From assembly GCA_937907425.1 (NCBI GenBank), contig CALCIE010000024.1, positions 74,764 through 138,763 on the forward strand: a stretch of DNA of 64,000 nucleotides. Reading direction: 5' to 3'. A program made the translations under genes and the position numbers. The notes under the pieces were generated by a model. That model was not told the DNA's origin. It worked only from the letters and a program-made list of their open reading frames with translations, and did not search any database. Below are positions 10,867-23,235 of the stretch, piece after piece (the stretch's first letter is position 1; each line of letters begins with the position of its first letter). Origin of the DNA: an uncultured Pseudomonadota bacterium. GTDB lineage: Bacteria; Pseudomonadota; Gammaproteobacteria; Burkholderiales; SG8-39.

Positions 10867-12324
10867 ATGTTGAATGCATCCCTGGCCGAGCTTTCCGCCG
10901 CCCTGGCCGCGAAGAAGATCTCCAGCGTCGAGCTGACCCGGAGCCTGCTCGACCGCATCGCGGCCCTGAACCCCAGGCTCAACGCCTTCATCACCGTCGA
11001 TCCGGAGCGCAGCCTGGCGCAGGCGCGTGCCGCCGACGAACGCATCGCCCGAGGCGAGGCGACGCCGCTCACCGGCATCCCGGTCGCGCACAAGGACATC
11101 TGGTGCGCAAGCGGCTGGCGTACCACATGCGGCTCGCGCATGCTGGAAAATTTTGTCGCGCCCTACGACGCCCACGTCATCGAGCGTTTCGATGCCGCCG
11201 GCGCGGTCAATCTGGGTAAGTGCAACATGGACGAATTCGCCATGGGTTCGTCCAACGAGACCTCCTACTTCGGCCCGGTGCGCAATCCCTGGAACACCGA
11301 GTATGTGCCGGGCGGCTCCTCCGGCGGTTCGGCCGCCGCGGTGGCGGCGCGCCTCGCGCCGGCCGCAACCGGTACGGATACCGGCGGCTCGATCCGCCAG
11401 CCGGCCGCCTTGTGCGGTGTCTCGGGGCTCAAGCCCACCTACGGCCTGGTGTCCCGCTACGGCATGATCGCCTTCGCCTCCAGCCTCGACCAGGGCGGCC
11501 CCTTCGCCCGCTCGGCGGAGGACCTGGCGCTCCTGCTCAACGTCATGACCGGCTTCGACGCGCGCGATTCCACCAGCCTCGAGCGCGCACCGGAGGATTA
11601 CACGCGTTCGCTAAGCAACCCGCTTGCCGGGCTGCGCATCGGGCTGCCGCGCCAGTACTTCGGCGAGGGGCTGGCCGACGACGTGCGCGCGGCGGTCGAG
11701 GCCGCGCTCGAGGAACTGCGCAAACAGGGCGCGAGCACGGTGGACATCGATCTGCCCAACTGCGGGCTGTCGGTGCCTGCCTACTACGTGATCGCGCCGG
11801 CCGAGGCCTCCTCCAACCTCTCGCGCTTCGACGGCGTGCGCTACGGCTACCGCGCGCCCGAGTACGCCGATCTGGACGACATGTACTGCAAGACCCGCGC
11901 GCAGGGTTTCGGCGCGGAGGTGAAGCGCCGCATCCTGATCGGCACCTACGTGCTCTCGCACGGCTACTACGACGCCTACTACCTGCAGGCGCAGCGTGTG
12001 CGGCGCCTGATCGCCGAGGACTTCAAGGCCGCGTTCAAGCAATGCGACGTGATCGTCGGGCCCACCACGCCCACCGTCGCCTTCAAGCTCGGCGAGAAGG
12101 CTTCCGATCCGGTGCAGATGTATCTCAACGACATCTACACCATCGCCGCCAACCTCGCCGGCCTGCCCGCGATGTCCATTCCCTGCGGCTTCGGCGCCAA
12201 CGGCCTGCCGGTGGGACTGCATCTGGTGGGCAACTACTTCGACGAAGCGCGCATGCTCAACGTCGCGCACCGCTACCAGCTCGCGACCGACTGGCACAAG
12301 CGCATGCCGCAGGGGATCGAATGA
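10867..12324 (+). CDS. gatA: Asp/Glu-tRNA amidotransferase subunit A (amidase signature)
   Basis: 485 aa with the amidase signature [13 protein letters not shown] and ..[14 protein letters not shown]... Confidence 0.96.
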   Translation: MLNASLAELSAALAAKKISSVELTRSLLDRIAALNPRLNAFITVDPERSLAQARAADERIARGEATPLTGIPVAHKDIWCASGWRTTCGSRMLENFVAPYDAHVIERFDAAGAVNLGKCNMDEFAMGSSNETSYFGPVRNPWNTEYVPGGSSGGSAAAVAARLAPAATGTDTGGSIRQPAALCGVSGLKPTYGLVSRYGMIAFASSLDQGGPFARSAEDLALLLNVMTGFDARDSTSLERAPEDYTRSLSNPLAGLRIGLPRQYFGEGLADDVRAAVEAALEELRKQGASTVDIDLPNCGLSVPAYYVIAPAEASSNLSRFDGVRYGYRAPEYADLDDMYCKTRAQGFGAEVKRRILIGTYVLSHGYYDAYYLQAQRVRRLIAEDFKAAFKQCDVIVGPTTPTVAFKLGEKASDPVQMYLNDIYTIAANLAGLPAMSIPCGFGANGLPVGLHLVGNYFDEARMLNVAHRYQLATDWHKRMPQGIE

Positions 12325-13781
12325 TGGAATGGGAAGTCGTCATCGGCCTGGAAACGCACGTCCAGCTTTCCACCGCTTCGAAAATCTTCTCCGGCGCCTC
12401 GACCGCCTTCGGCGCGGCGCCCAATACCCAGGCCTCGGCGGTCGATATCGCCCTGCCGGGCGTGCTGCCGGTCCTGAACAAGGGCGCGGTCGAGCGCGCG
12501 ATCCGCTTCGGGCTCGCCATCGGCGCGAAGATCAACCGGCGCTCGGTGTTCGCGCGCAAGAACTACTTCTATCCGGACCTGCCCAAGGGCTATCAGATCA
12601 GCCAGTACGAGCTGCCGATCGTCGAAGGCGGCGAGATCCGCATCCTCACTTCGCAGGGTGAGAAGAGCATCCGCCTCACGCGCGCGCATCTGGAGGAGGA
12701 CGCGGGCAAATCCCTGCACGAGGACTTCCACGGCATGTCGGGCATCGACCTCAACCGCGCCGGCACGCCGCTGCTCGAAATCGTCTCCGAACCGGACATG
12801 CGTTCCGCGGAAGAAGCCGTCGCCTACGCCAAGGCGCTGCACGCGCTGGTGCGCTGGATCGACATCTGCGACGGCAACATGCAGGAAGGCTCGTTCCGCT
12901 GCGACGCTAACGTCTCGGTGCGGCGCAAGGGCGATCCCAACTTCGGTACCCGGCGCGAGATCAAGAACCTCAACTCCTTCCGCTTCCTGCAGCAGGCGAT
13001 CGAGTACGAGGTGAAGTGGCAGATCGAGACGCTGGAGGATGGCGGCAGGATCGAACAGGCCACCGTGCTCTTCGATCCCGATACCGGTGAGACCCGCGCC
13101 ATGCGCACCAAGGAGGACGCGCACGACTACCGCTACTTCCCCGATCCCGACCTGCCGCCGCTGGTGCTGAGCGAGGAGTGGATCGAGCGCGTGCGCGGCG
13201 AGCTGCCCGAGCTGCCGCACATGAAACAGGAGCGCTATCAGCGCGAGCTGGGCCTGTCGGCCTACGACGCCCAGACCCTTACCCAGTCGCGCGAAATGGC
13301 GGCCTACTTCGAGGACGTGGTCGCGCGCCTGGGCGGCGCCGAAGGCGGCGCAGCGAAGACGGCGGCCAACTGGGTGATGGTCGAACTGTCCGGCGCGTTG
13401 AACCGCAGCGGGCTTGCCATCGAACAGGCGCCGGTTACGAGCGCGCAGCTCGCGCGGCTCATCGCGCGCATCCGCGACAACACCATTTCCGGCAAGATCG
13501 CCAAGGAGCTCTTCGACGCGATCTGGCAGGGCGAGGCGACGGGCGAGGACGCGGTCGATACGCTCATCGAGCGCAAGGGGCTGAAGCAGATCAGCGACGT
13601 CGGCGCGCTGACCGCGATCGTCGAGGAAGTGATCGCCGCCAATCCCAAGTCGGTGGATGAATACCGCGGCGGCAAGGAAAAGGCGCTCAACGCGCTGGTC
13701 GGTCAGGCCATGAAAGCCACCAAGGGCAAGGCCAATCCGGCCCAGCTCGCCGAACTGTTCCGCAACAAGCTGGCGAGCTAG
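12321..13781 (+). CDS. gatB: Asp/Glu-tRNA amidotransferase subunit B
   Basis: Begins [23 protein letters not shown].., a canonical GatB N-terminus, at ATGATGG overlapping the gatA stop. The upstream part of track ORF 11220..13781 is out-of-frame overlap with gatA. Confidence 0.95.
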   Translation: MMEWEVVIGLETHVQLSTASKIFSGASTAFGAAPNTQASAVDIALPGVLPVLNKGAVERAIRFGLAIGAKINRRSVFARKNYFYPDLPKGYQISQYELPIVEGGEIRILTSQGEKSIRLTRAHLEEDAGKSLHEDFHGMSGIDLNRAGTPLLEIVSEPDMRSAEEAVAYAKALHALVRWIDICDGNMQEGSFRCDANVSVRRKGDPNFGTRREIKNLNSFRFLQQAIEYEVKWQIETLEDGGRIEQATVLFDPDTGETRAMRTKEDAHDYRYFPDPDLPPLVLSEEWIERVRGELPELPHMKQERYQRELGLSAYDAQTLTQSREMAAYFEDVVARLGGAEGGAAKTAANWVMVELSGALNRSGLAIEQAPVTSAQLARLIARIRDNTISGKIAKELFDAIWQGEATGEDAVDTLIERKGLKQISDVGALTAIVEEVIAANPKSVDEYRGGKEKALNALVGQAMKATKGKANPAQLAELFRNKLAS

Positions 13782-14431
13782 CGCGAAGCCTTGGTCTGCG
13801 AAGGCGCGCCGCGCGTCAGTTGCAGATAGCGGCGCTTGTCCTCGTCGTAGCGCTGGGTGATGGCGGCGGCTTCGCGCTGTTTCGCCTCGAACAGCGAGCG
13901 GTAGGTGGCCAGCTCCGCTTCGTTCGCTTCCACTTCGCGCTGCAGCCTGGCCGGCAGGGGTTTGCCCTGCGCTTCGTACTGCTTCGCCTGTTGGGCGAGC
14001 TCGTCGCGGCGGGCCTCGGCTTGCGCGAGCTGGTGCTGCATGTTCTGCAGCGCTTCGCGGCTCTGCGCCAGCGCCCGCTCGCGCGCATAGTCGATGTCCT
14101 CCGCGCTGGCGTAGGTCTTGAGCAGCGCCTCGTTCTTGCGCGCCTCCTCGCGTGCGCGCTTTTCGGCTTCCTGGCGCTCGCGTTCCTGGGCTTCGCGCGC
14201 GGCGAGCTCTTCGGGGCTCAGTGCGCCGGCCGTGCGTTTGGTTACGACACCCTGACGGTTCAATTGCACATGGGCTTTGCCGGTCGCCTCGCTCGGCAGG
14301 CGGTCGCTGTAATGCACCACGCCCTTGTCGTCGACCCAGCGGTAGAGCTGCTGCGCAGCCAGGCCGGAAGGGGTTTGGGACAGCGCCGCGACGAGACCCA
14401 GCAAAGCCACCTTGTGCAATCGATCAGGCAT
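13778..14431 (-). CDS. DUF4124 domain protein with charged coiled-coil tail
   Basis: Signal-like N-terminus, then the [18 protein letters not shown] motif characteristic of DUF4124, then an E/R/A-rich helix. Confidence 0.7.
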   Translation of the reverse strand: MPDRLHKVALLGLVAALSQTPSGLAAQQLYRWVDDKGVVHYSDRLPSEATGKAHVQLNRQGVVTKRTAGALSPEELAAREAQERERQEAEKRAREEARKNEALLKTYASAEDIDYARERALAQSREALQNMQHQLAQAEARRDELAQQAKQYEAQGKPLPARLQREVEANEAELATYRSLFEAKQREAAAITQRYDEDKRRYLQLTRGAPSQTKASR

Positions 14432-15101
14432 AGCCTACGGCTCCATAGTGACGTCTGTACTCGCTGATCGCCTGCAGATACTTGGCGAACTCGGGTTCGT
14501 TCTTCAAATAGTCCAGCAGATCGTCGGCGGTGGCGATCGCGATGACCGGCACGCCGTAACGTTCCTCGACTTCCTGCACCGCGGATTTGTCGCCGGTGCC
14601 GCGCTCCATGCGGTCGAGCGAAATGGCCACGCCCGCCAGTTGCGCGCCATGCGCTTCCAGGATGGCGGCCGCTTCACGCACCGCCGTGCCGGCCGTCATC
14701 ACATCGTCGATCACCAGCACGCGGCCCTGGAGCGGCGCGCCGATGATGCTGCCGCCTTCGCCGTGATCCTTCACTTCCTTGCGGTTGAAGGCGTAGGGCA
14801 CGTCGCGGCCCATGCGCGCCAGCTGCATCGCCGTGCCGGCGGCGAGCGCAATGCCTTTGTACGCCGGACCGAAAAGCATGTCGAACGCCACTCCCGAGGA
14901 AAGGATGGCTTTTGCGTAAAATTCCGCGAGTCGATCCAACCGGGCTCCGGTGTTGAACAGGCCGGCGTTGAAAAAGTACGGGGTGGTCCTGCCGGATTTC
15001 GTCACAAAACTGCCGAAACGCAGCACACCGCAGTCGATACAGAAGCGGATAAAGTCCTGCCTGAATTCCGTCACAACTTGTTCCTTCGAAGCGCTAATCA
15101 T
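14424..15101 (-). CDS. pyrE: orotate phosphoribosyltransferase
   Basis: ..GSFVTKSGRTTPYFFNAGLFNTG..LFGPAYKGIALA..VLVIDDVMTAGTAVRE.. aligns with E. coli PyrE. ATG at 15101 chosen over the upstream TTG at 15152. Confidence 0.93.
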   Translation of the reverse strand: MISASKEQVVTEFRQDFIRFCIDCGVLRFGSFVTKSGRTTPYFFNAGLFNTGARLDRLAEFYAKAILSSGVAFDMLFGPAYKGIALAAGTAMQLARMGRDVPYAFNRKEVKDHGEGGSIIGAPLQGRVLVIDDVMTAGTAVREAAAILEAHGAQLAGVAISLDRMERGTGDKSAVQEVEERYGVPVIAIATADDLLDYLKNEPEFAKYLQAISEYRRHYGAVGYA

Positions 15102-15201
15102 GTCAATGGATGCTCGGGTCGCCGGGGGGCTTCCCCCTACCTGCTTCGGCAAAGCGTTGACCGCCCCCTCTGCCGATCAGCGCTTCCGTAAAGGTTTCAA
15201 C

Positions 15202-15984
15202 ATGTTACGCGTCATCACCCTCAATCTCAACGGCATCCGCTCGGCGGTCTCCAAAGGCTTCCTCGACTGGCTGGTGAAACAGAAGGCCGATTGCGTCTGC
15301 ATGCAGGAGATCCGCGCGCAGCAGGCGGACCTGTCCGACGCAATCCTTATGCCAAACGGATTGCACGCCCACTTCGCCTGCGCCGAACGCAAGGGCTATG
15401 CGGGCGTGGCCATGTATTGCCGCAAGGAACCCGATCGTTTCATTTCGGGTTTCGGCAGCGCGGAGTTCGACCCGGAAGGGCGCTATCTGCAGGCGGACTT
15501 CGGCGGGCTGTCGATCGTGTCGCTCTATATGCCCTCGGGTTCGAGCGGCGAGGAACGCCAGGCGGCGAAATTCCGCTTCATGGACGAGTTCATGCCGCAT
15601 CTTGCCCGGCTGGCGAAGAGCGGGCGCGAGTTCATCATCTGCGGCGATTGGAACATCGCCCACACCGAAAAGGACTTGAAGAACTGGAAGTCGAACCAGA
15701 AGAACTCGGGTTTTCTGCCGGAGGAACGCGCCTGGCTCACGGAAGTGTTCGAGCGCCACGGCTGGGTCGACGTGTACCGCCGCCTGTATCCGGAGGCGAC
15801 CGGCGAAGGCTACACTTGGTGGTCCAACCGTGGTCAGGCGTACGCGAAGAACGTGGGCTGGCGCATCGACTACCAGATCGCCACGCCCGGCATCGCCGCC
15901 AGGGCCTTGAAGGCCTCGGTGTACAAGGAGCAGAAGTTCAGCGACCATGCGCCGCTGATCGTCGATTACGACTATGCGATTTGA
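15202..15984 (+). CDS. xthA: exodeoxyribonuclease III (AP endonuclease)
   Basis: MLRVITLNLNGIRSA...CMQE...GDWNIAH...WWSNRG...RIDY...SDHAPL.. are ExoIII/EEP motifs. The internal ATG of track ORF 14950..15984 is used. Confidence 0.92.
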   Translation: MLRVITLNLNGIRSAVSKGFLDWLVKQKADCVCMQEIRAQQADLSDAILMPNGLHAHFACAERKGYAGVAMYCRKEPDRFISGFGSAEFDPEGRYLQADFGGLSIVSLYMPSGSSGEERQAAKFRFMDEFMPHLARLAKSGREFIICGDWNIAHTEKDLKNWKSNQKNSGFLPEERAWLTEVFERHGWVDVYRRLYPEATGEGYTWWSNRGQAYAKNVGWRIDYQIATPGIAARALKASVYKEQKFSDHAPLIVDYDYAI

Positions 15985-16008
15985 GCCGTTGAGGAACACC
16001 GTCCCGGC

Positions 16009-17322
16009 ATGAGCGAGCCACGCTCCGACTGGCGTGCCCGGCTGCCCGCGGGCCTGCGTCCCTACTTCGAATCCGCGCCGCTCGCCGCGCTGTTCCTCGG
16101 CATTTCCTCCGGCTTCGGCTTCGCGATGATCGGGGCGACGCTCACCACGCGGCTCGCCCAGCACGGCATCACCAAAAGCGCCGTCACCGCTTTTGCCCTC
16201 ACCTTCCTCGCCTACAACTTCAAGTTCCTCTGGGCGCCGATCGTGGACAACGTGCGCCTGCCTTTGATCGGGCGCTACGGGCAGCGGCGCAGCTGGCTGT
16301 GGGCCACGGGCGTCGCGGTGATGGTGGCCGTCGTATGGCTCGGCCTCGCCGATCCCGATGAGGCCCTCTACATGGTGGCGTTGGCCGCCATTGCGGTGGG
16401 CATCGCCGGCGCGACCTTCGACATCATCATCGACGCCTATCGCATCGAGCTGCTGGAACCGCGCCAGCTCGGTGTGGGCTCGGGCATGTCGCAGTACGGC
16501 TGGCGCATCGGCGCCGCGGCGGCGGGCGCGCTGGCGCTGGTGATTGCGCAACGCGCGGGTTGGGCGGCGGCCTATATGGCCTGCGCGGCGTTCGCGCTGC
16601 CCGCCATGCTGGTCGGCGTGGTGATGGGCGAGCCCAAACGCCATCGCGAACCCGCCAAGCCGCACGGGCTGACCGAAGCCATCGTCGCCTACTTCAGTCC
16701 GCTCACCGAATTCCTCAAGCGTCAGGGCGCGCTGGTGGTGTTGCTGTTCGTGCTGATCCACAAGATCGGCGACACGCTCGCCAATCTCACCTTGCGCCTG
16801 CTGTTCCAGGATCTGGGCTTCAACAACGACGAGATCGCCTTCTACGACGTGGGCATCGGTTTCGTGTGTCTGCTCGTCGGCGTGTTCGTCGGCGGGGTGA
16901 TCTACACCCGTCTGGGCATGAAGCGTTCGGTGCTGATCAGCCTGGTGCTGATGGCGATCTCCAATCTCAGTTTCGCGGGCCTTGCCGCCGCCGGCCATAC
17001 TAATCTCGGCATGGCGGCGGCGGTGGGTTTCGAGAATTTCGCCAGCGGTATCGGCGGCGTCACGGTGGTGGCCTATCTGTCCGCGCTCTGCAACCTGCGT
17101 TTCACCGCGAGCCAGTACGCGTTGCTTTCGGCGCTGGCGAGCATCGCCGGGCGGGTGCTCACCGGCACCACGGTGGGCGCACTGATCGACGCGATCGGCT
17201 ACGTCTACTTCTACGTGCTCACCACCATCATCGCCCTGCCCGGCGTGGTACTGTTCTGGCTGATGATGCGCTCCGGGCTCGCCGATCTGTCGCTCGGCTC
17301 GGCCGGCCGCAACGGCGACTGA
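16009..17322 (+). CDS. ampG: AmpG-family muropeptide MFS permease
   Basis: 437-aa polytopic MFS protein with AmpG-like ..FKFLWAPIVD..RRSW.. and ..GFENFASGIGG.. segments. Confidence 0.8.
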   Translation: MSEPRSDWRARLPAGLRPYFESAPLAALFLGISSGFGFAMIGATLTTRLAQHGITKSAVTAFALTFLAYNFKFLWAPIVDNVRLPLIGRYGQRRSWLWATGVAVMVAVVWLGLADPDEALYMVALAAIAVGIAGATFDIIIDAYRIELLEPRQLGVGSGMSQYGWRIGAAAAGALALVIAQRAGWAAAYMACAAFALPAMLVGVVMGEPKRHREPAKPHGLTEAIVAYFSPLTEFLKRQGALVVLLFVLIHKIGDTLANLTLRLLFQDLGFNNDEIAFYDVGIGFVCLLVGVFVGGVIYTRLGMKRSVLISLVLMAISNLSFAGLAAAGHTNLGMAAAVGFENFASGIGGVTVVAYLSALCNLRFTASQYALLSALASIAGRVLTGTTVGALIDAIGYVYFYVLTTIIALPGVVLFWLMMRSGLADLSLGSAGRNGD

Positions 17323-17930
17323 TCAGGCCTTGCTGCAGCGGTACACCGCCAGGCTGCCGCGCAGGTTCGGCAGCAGACGAACCGGTTTGTTCTCGTGCAG
17401 CACCAGCCGTTCGAGGATGCGCACGCCGCGTTCGGCGCAGAAGGCCTCGAAATCGTGCAGCGTGCAAAGGTGGATGTTGGGCGTGTTGTACCACTGGTAC
17501 GGCAGCTCGTCCGAGACCGGCATGCGTCCGTTGACGCCGAGCTGCCAGCGCGTGCGCCAGTAGCCGAAATTCGGGAAGGTGACGATGGCCTCGCGGCCCA
17601 CGCGCAGCATTTCGTCCAGCACCACCTCGGTCTGGCGCATGGCCTGCAGCGTCTGCGAAAGGATGACGTAATCGAAGGCGCCGTCCTCGAATTCGGCCAG
17701 GCCGCGCTCCAGGTCGCCCTGGATAACGTTGATGCCGTTGCGCAGCGAAGCGATCACCTTGTCGTCGTTGATCTCCACGCCGTAGCCCGAGACGCCGCGC
17801 GTGTGCTTGAGGTACTTCAGCAGCAGGCCGTCGCCGCAGCCCAGATCGAGCACGCGCGCATTGGGCCGGATCCAGGCCGCGATGGCTGCGAAATCCGGCC
17901 GGCCCGCAAGACTGATCTGTTCCTGCTGTG

Positions 17931-17934
<4 letters not shown>
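17323..17934 (-). CDS. metW: methionine biosynthesis protein MetW
   Basis: 203 aa with ..[31 protein letters not shown].. typical of MetW. 4-nt overlap with metX. Confidence 0.92.
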
Positions 17935-19130
<1,196 letters not shown>

Positions 19131-19188
19131 CGTTGTACTTGTTTGGCGCGCACGCGGCGCGTGCGCTGGAAAAGCCTGACCGCTCTCC

Positions 19189-19231
19189 AAAACGAAAAAA
19201 CCCGTTCGAGCTCGCGTGGCTCAAACGGGTT
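19189..19231 (-). terminator. strong intrinsic terminator inside the metX leader (possible attenuator)
   Basis: The minus strand reads CCCGUUUGAGC-cacgcga-GCUCGAACGGG (11-bp stem with one G.U) followed by UUUUUUCGUUUU. It lies ~59 nt upstream of the metX ATG and ~145 nt downstream of the preceding ORF stop. Confidence 0.8.
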
Positions 19232-19233
19232 AC

Positions 19234-19312
19234 CCTCGCTTTAGCCGTACTTATTTGACACACCGTCATGCACTGACGGCGGGCGCCCGCAAGCTGAACA
19301 TCAAATCGGCGC
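19234..19312 (-). promoter_or_regulatory. candidate SAM-responsive (SAM-II-like) riboswitch aptamer upstream of metXW
   Basis: The minus strand reads GCCGAUUUGAUGUUCAGCUUGCGGGCGCCCGCCGUCAGUGCAUGACGGUGUGUCAAAUAAGUACGGCUAAAGCGAGG. AUUUGA/UCAAAU can form a helix, and loop GCUU can pair with the 3' AAGC as a pseudoknot, which recalls my memory of the SAM-II layout. Not verified with a covariance model. Confidence 0.35.
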
Positions 19313-19375
19313 AAGCACGGTCTTTCGACCGGCTTCGTCCCGGCCGCCGGCGAACCGGCTGCCGAGGACCGCATC

Positions 19376-19768
19376 TTAGCGCGATTCGCGGTGTGCTTGC
19401 CAGTCGGCGCGGCGGAAGCGCCGGCGGCGTGCGGGCAGCCGGTCCCTTAGGGCGAGGTATTCGTCCAGGCGCGCATCGAGCGCCGCGCGCAAGGCGGCCG
19501 GCAATGCGGCCGCCGCGCCGCGGAAGCGGGCCACGAGCTGCCGCGCCTCTTCCTCGTTCTTCGCGATGCGCTCGCCGTCGTGATAGAAGCGGCCACCCCC
19601 TTTCCACACCAGCGCCCGGTCTTCGGCATCGTCGCCGTAACACAGCTCGAACGCGGCGAGCGTGCCGGCGGCGTCCTGCCACAGGAACAGGTCGAAATAG
19701 TCGTCGTGGAACCAGCGGCGGGTGAGGCCGGGCTCGTCCTGGCGCAGGCCGGTGATCTCTCGCAGCAT
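19376..19768 (-). CDS. hypothetical 130-aa cytoplasmic protein
   Basis: The internal ATG at 19768 (MLREITGLRQDEPGLTRRWFHDDYFDLFLWQD..) is preceded by GGAGGAGG. The upstream part of track ORF 19376..20020 overlaps ptsI. I recognise no family. Confidence 0.55.
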   Translation of the reverse strand: MLREITGLRQDEPGLTRRWFHDDYFDLFLWQDAAGTLAAFELCYGDDAEDRALVWKGGGRFYHDGERIAKNEEEARQLVARFRGAAAALPAALRAALDARLDEYLALRDRLPARRRRFRRADWQAHRESR

Positions 19769-19809
19769 GCCTCCTCCGTCCGGGTGGAGCGCCGGCCGCG
19801 AGACGCGGT

Positions 19810-21585
<1,776 letters not shown>

Positions 21586-21596
21586 GCGCCCCCGCT

Positions 21597-21866
21597 CTAT
21601 TCGGCCTCGCCGAAGCGATTGCCGATGAGCTCGACCAGCGCGGCGAGCGCGGCTTCCGCGTCCTCGCCCTCGGCGTCGATCTCGATGCGGCTGCCCTTGC
21701 CCGCGGCCAGCATCATCACGCCCATGATGCTCTTGGCGTTGACCCGCCGGCCGTTGCGCGACAGCCAAATTTCGGATTTGTACTTGCTCGCGGTCTGCGT
21801 GAGTTTGGCCGAAGCGCGCGCGTGCAGCCCGAGCTTGTTGATGATTTCAACTTCCCGTTGCGGCAT
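21597..21866 (-). CDS. ptsH: phosphocarrier protein HPr
   Basis: 89 aa, MPQREVEIINKLGLHARASAKL.. with the active-site His in the GLHARAS context. Confidence 0.93.
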   Translation of the reverse strand: MPQREVEIINKLGLHARASAKLTQTASKYKSEIWLSRNGRRVNAKSIMGVMMLAAGKGSRIEIDAEGEDAEAALAALVELIGNRFGEAE

Positions 21867-22260
21867 TGGACTCGGAAGGAACGAGATGAACGATGCCGTC
21901 GTGACCGCCGCTCATCGCCTTTGCCACCACGGTACTGAGGTCTTCGTTGCGGTAGGTGAGCGCCCGCACCAGCATCGGCAGGCTGGCGCCCGACAGCACC
22001 TCGACCTTGCCCGGCACGTACAGGCGCGTGGCGATGTTCGAGGGCGTGGCGCCCATCATGTCGGTGAGCACCAGCACGCCCTGGCCTTCATCCAGTTGCT
22101 TCACGAGCTCTTGGGCCACCGGCAGGATGAGATCGGGATCATCGTGCACGGTCACGCCCACCTGGCGCACGCGCAAGGGCCGCTTGCCGAGCACGTGACT
22201 GGCGCAATGGATGAGCGCTTCGCCGAAGGCGCCGTGGCTGACGATCAGGATCCCGACCAT
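21847..22260 (-). CDS. PTS EIIA component, mannose/fructose family
   Basis: 137 aa, MVGILIVSHGAFGEALIHCASHVLG.. with the EIIA-Man N-terminal His motif. Overlaps ptsH by 20 nt. Confidence 0.85.
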   Translation of the reverse strand: MVGILIVSHGAFGEALIHCASHVLGKRPLRVRQVGVTVHDDPDLILPVAQELVKQLDEGQGVLVLTDMMGATPSNIATRLYVPGKVEVLSGASLPMLVRALTYRNEDLSTVVAKAMSGGHDGIVHLVPSESNAATGS

Positions 22261-22269
22261 GGTGCAAGT

Positions 22270-23235
22270 CTAGCCGGCTTCGGGCGCTTTGCGTGCCGCA
22301 AGCGCCTCTTCCAGCGCGTCGATGTACATCTTCGCCACATCGAAGCCGGTCTGCGCCGCGATTTCGCGAAAGCAGGTGGGGCTGGTGACGTTGATTTCGG
22401 TGATGTAGTCGCCGATCACGTCCAGGCCCACCAGCAGCAGGCCGCGCCGGGCGAGGACGGGGCCCAGCGCCTCGGCGATCTCGCGGTCGCGTGCGCTCAG
22501 GGGCCGCGCGACGCCCGTGCCGCCGGCGGCCAGGTTGCCGCGCGTCTCGCCCGGCTTGGGGATGCGCGCGAGCGCGTAGGGTACGGGCTTGCCGCCGATC
22601 AGCAGCACGCGCTTGTCGCCTTCGGTGATCTCGGGAATGAAGCGCTGCGCCATGATCGTGCGGCGGCCGTGGTGCGACAGCGTCTCGACGATGGCGTTGC
22701 GGTTGAGGTCATGGCGCGTGACGCGGAAGATGCCGGTGCCGCCCATGCCGTCGAGCGGTTTCAGCACCACGTCCTGGTGCTCGTCGATGAAGGCCTGCAC
22801 TTCCCAGGCGAGCCGCGTCACCAGCGTGGGCACCGTGTACTGCGCAAACTCCGCGATCGCGAGTTTTTCGCTGTGGTCGCGGATCGCGCGCGGATCGTTG
22901 AACACGCGCGCGCCTTCGGCCACAGCCCGTTCCAGCAGCCAGGTGCTGGTGACGTACTCCATGTCGAAGGGCGGGTCCTTGCGCATCAGCACCGCGTCGA
23001 ACTCGGCGAGCGCCGTCTCGCGCGAGGGCCCGAGCCGGTACCAGTCCTCCTCGTCGCCGGTCAGCGTGAGCGGCGCTGCGCCGCCCAGTACCCGGCCGCC
23101 TTTCCACATCAGCCCCTCCTGCATCATGACGTGCAGCTCGTAGCCGCGCCGCACGGCCTCCACCATCATGGCGTAGGTGGAATCCTTGTAGGGTTTGATG
23201 GACGGCAGCGGATCGAGGATGAAGCAGAGTCTCAT
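22270..23235 (-). CDS. gshB: glutathione synthetase
   Basis: MRLCFILDPLPSIKPYKDSTYAMM..VLKPLDGMGGTGIFRV..GETRGNLAAGG..LLVGLDVIGDYITEINVTSPT.. are canonical GshB ATP-grasp segments. The remainder of track ORF 22270..24837 is spurious extension. Confidence 0.95.
   Translation of the reverse strand: MRLCFILDPLPSIKPYKDSTYAMMVEAVRRGYELHVMMQEGLMWKGGRVLGGAAPLTLTGDEEDWYRLGPSRETALAEFDAVLMRKDPPFDMEYVTSTWLLERAVAEGARVFNDPRAIRDHSEKLAIAEFAQYTVPTLVTRLAWEVQAFIDEHQDVVLKPLDGMGGTGIFRVTRHDLNRNAIVETLSHHGRRTIMAQRFIPEITEGDKRVLLIGGKPVPYALARIPKPGETRGNLAAGGTGVARPLSARDREIAEALGPVLARRGLLLVGLDVIGDYITEINVTSPTCFREIAAQTGFDVAKMYIDALEEALAARKAPEAG

Noticed and set aside
11220-12320. Long N-terminal extensions of track ORFs, such as the gatB ORF from 11220, the gshB ORF to 24837, the rodA ORF to 6487, the proA ORF to 34401 and the rng ORF to 30514
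   Set aside because: The extensions overlap the upstream gene in another frame and translate to Arg/Pro-rich nonsense. The conserved N-termini begin at internal start codons with short overlaps or SD sequences.
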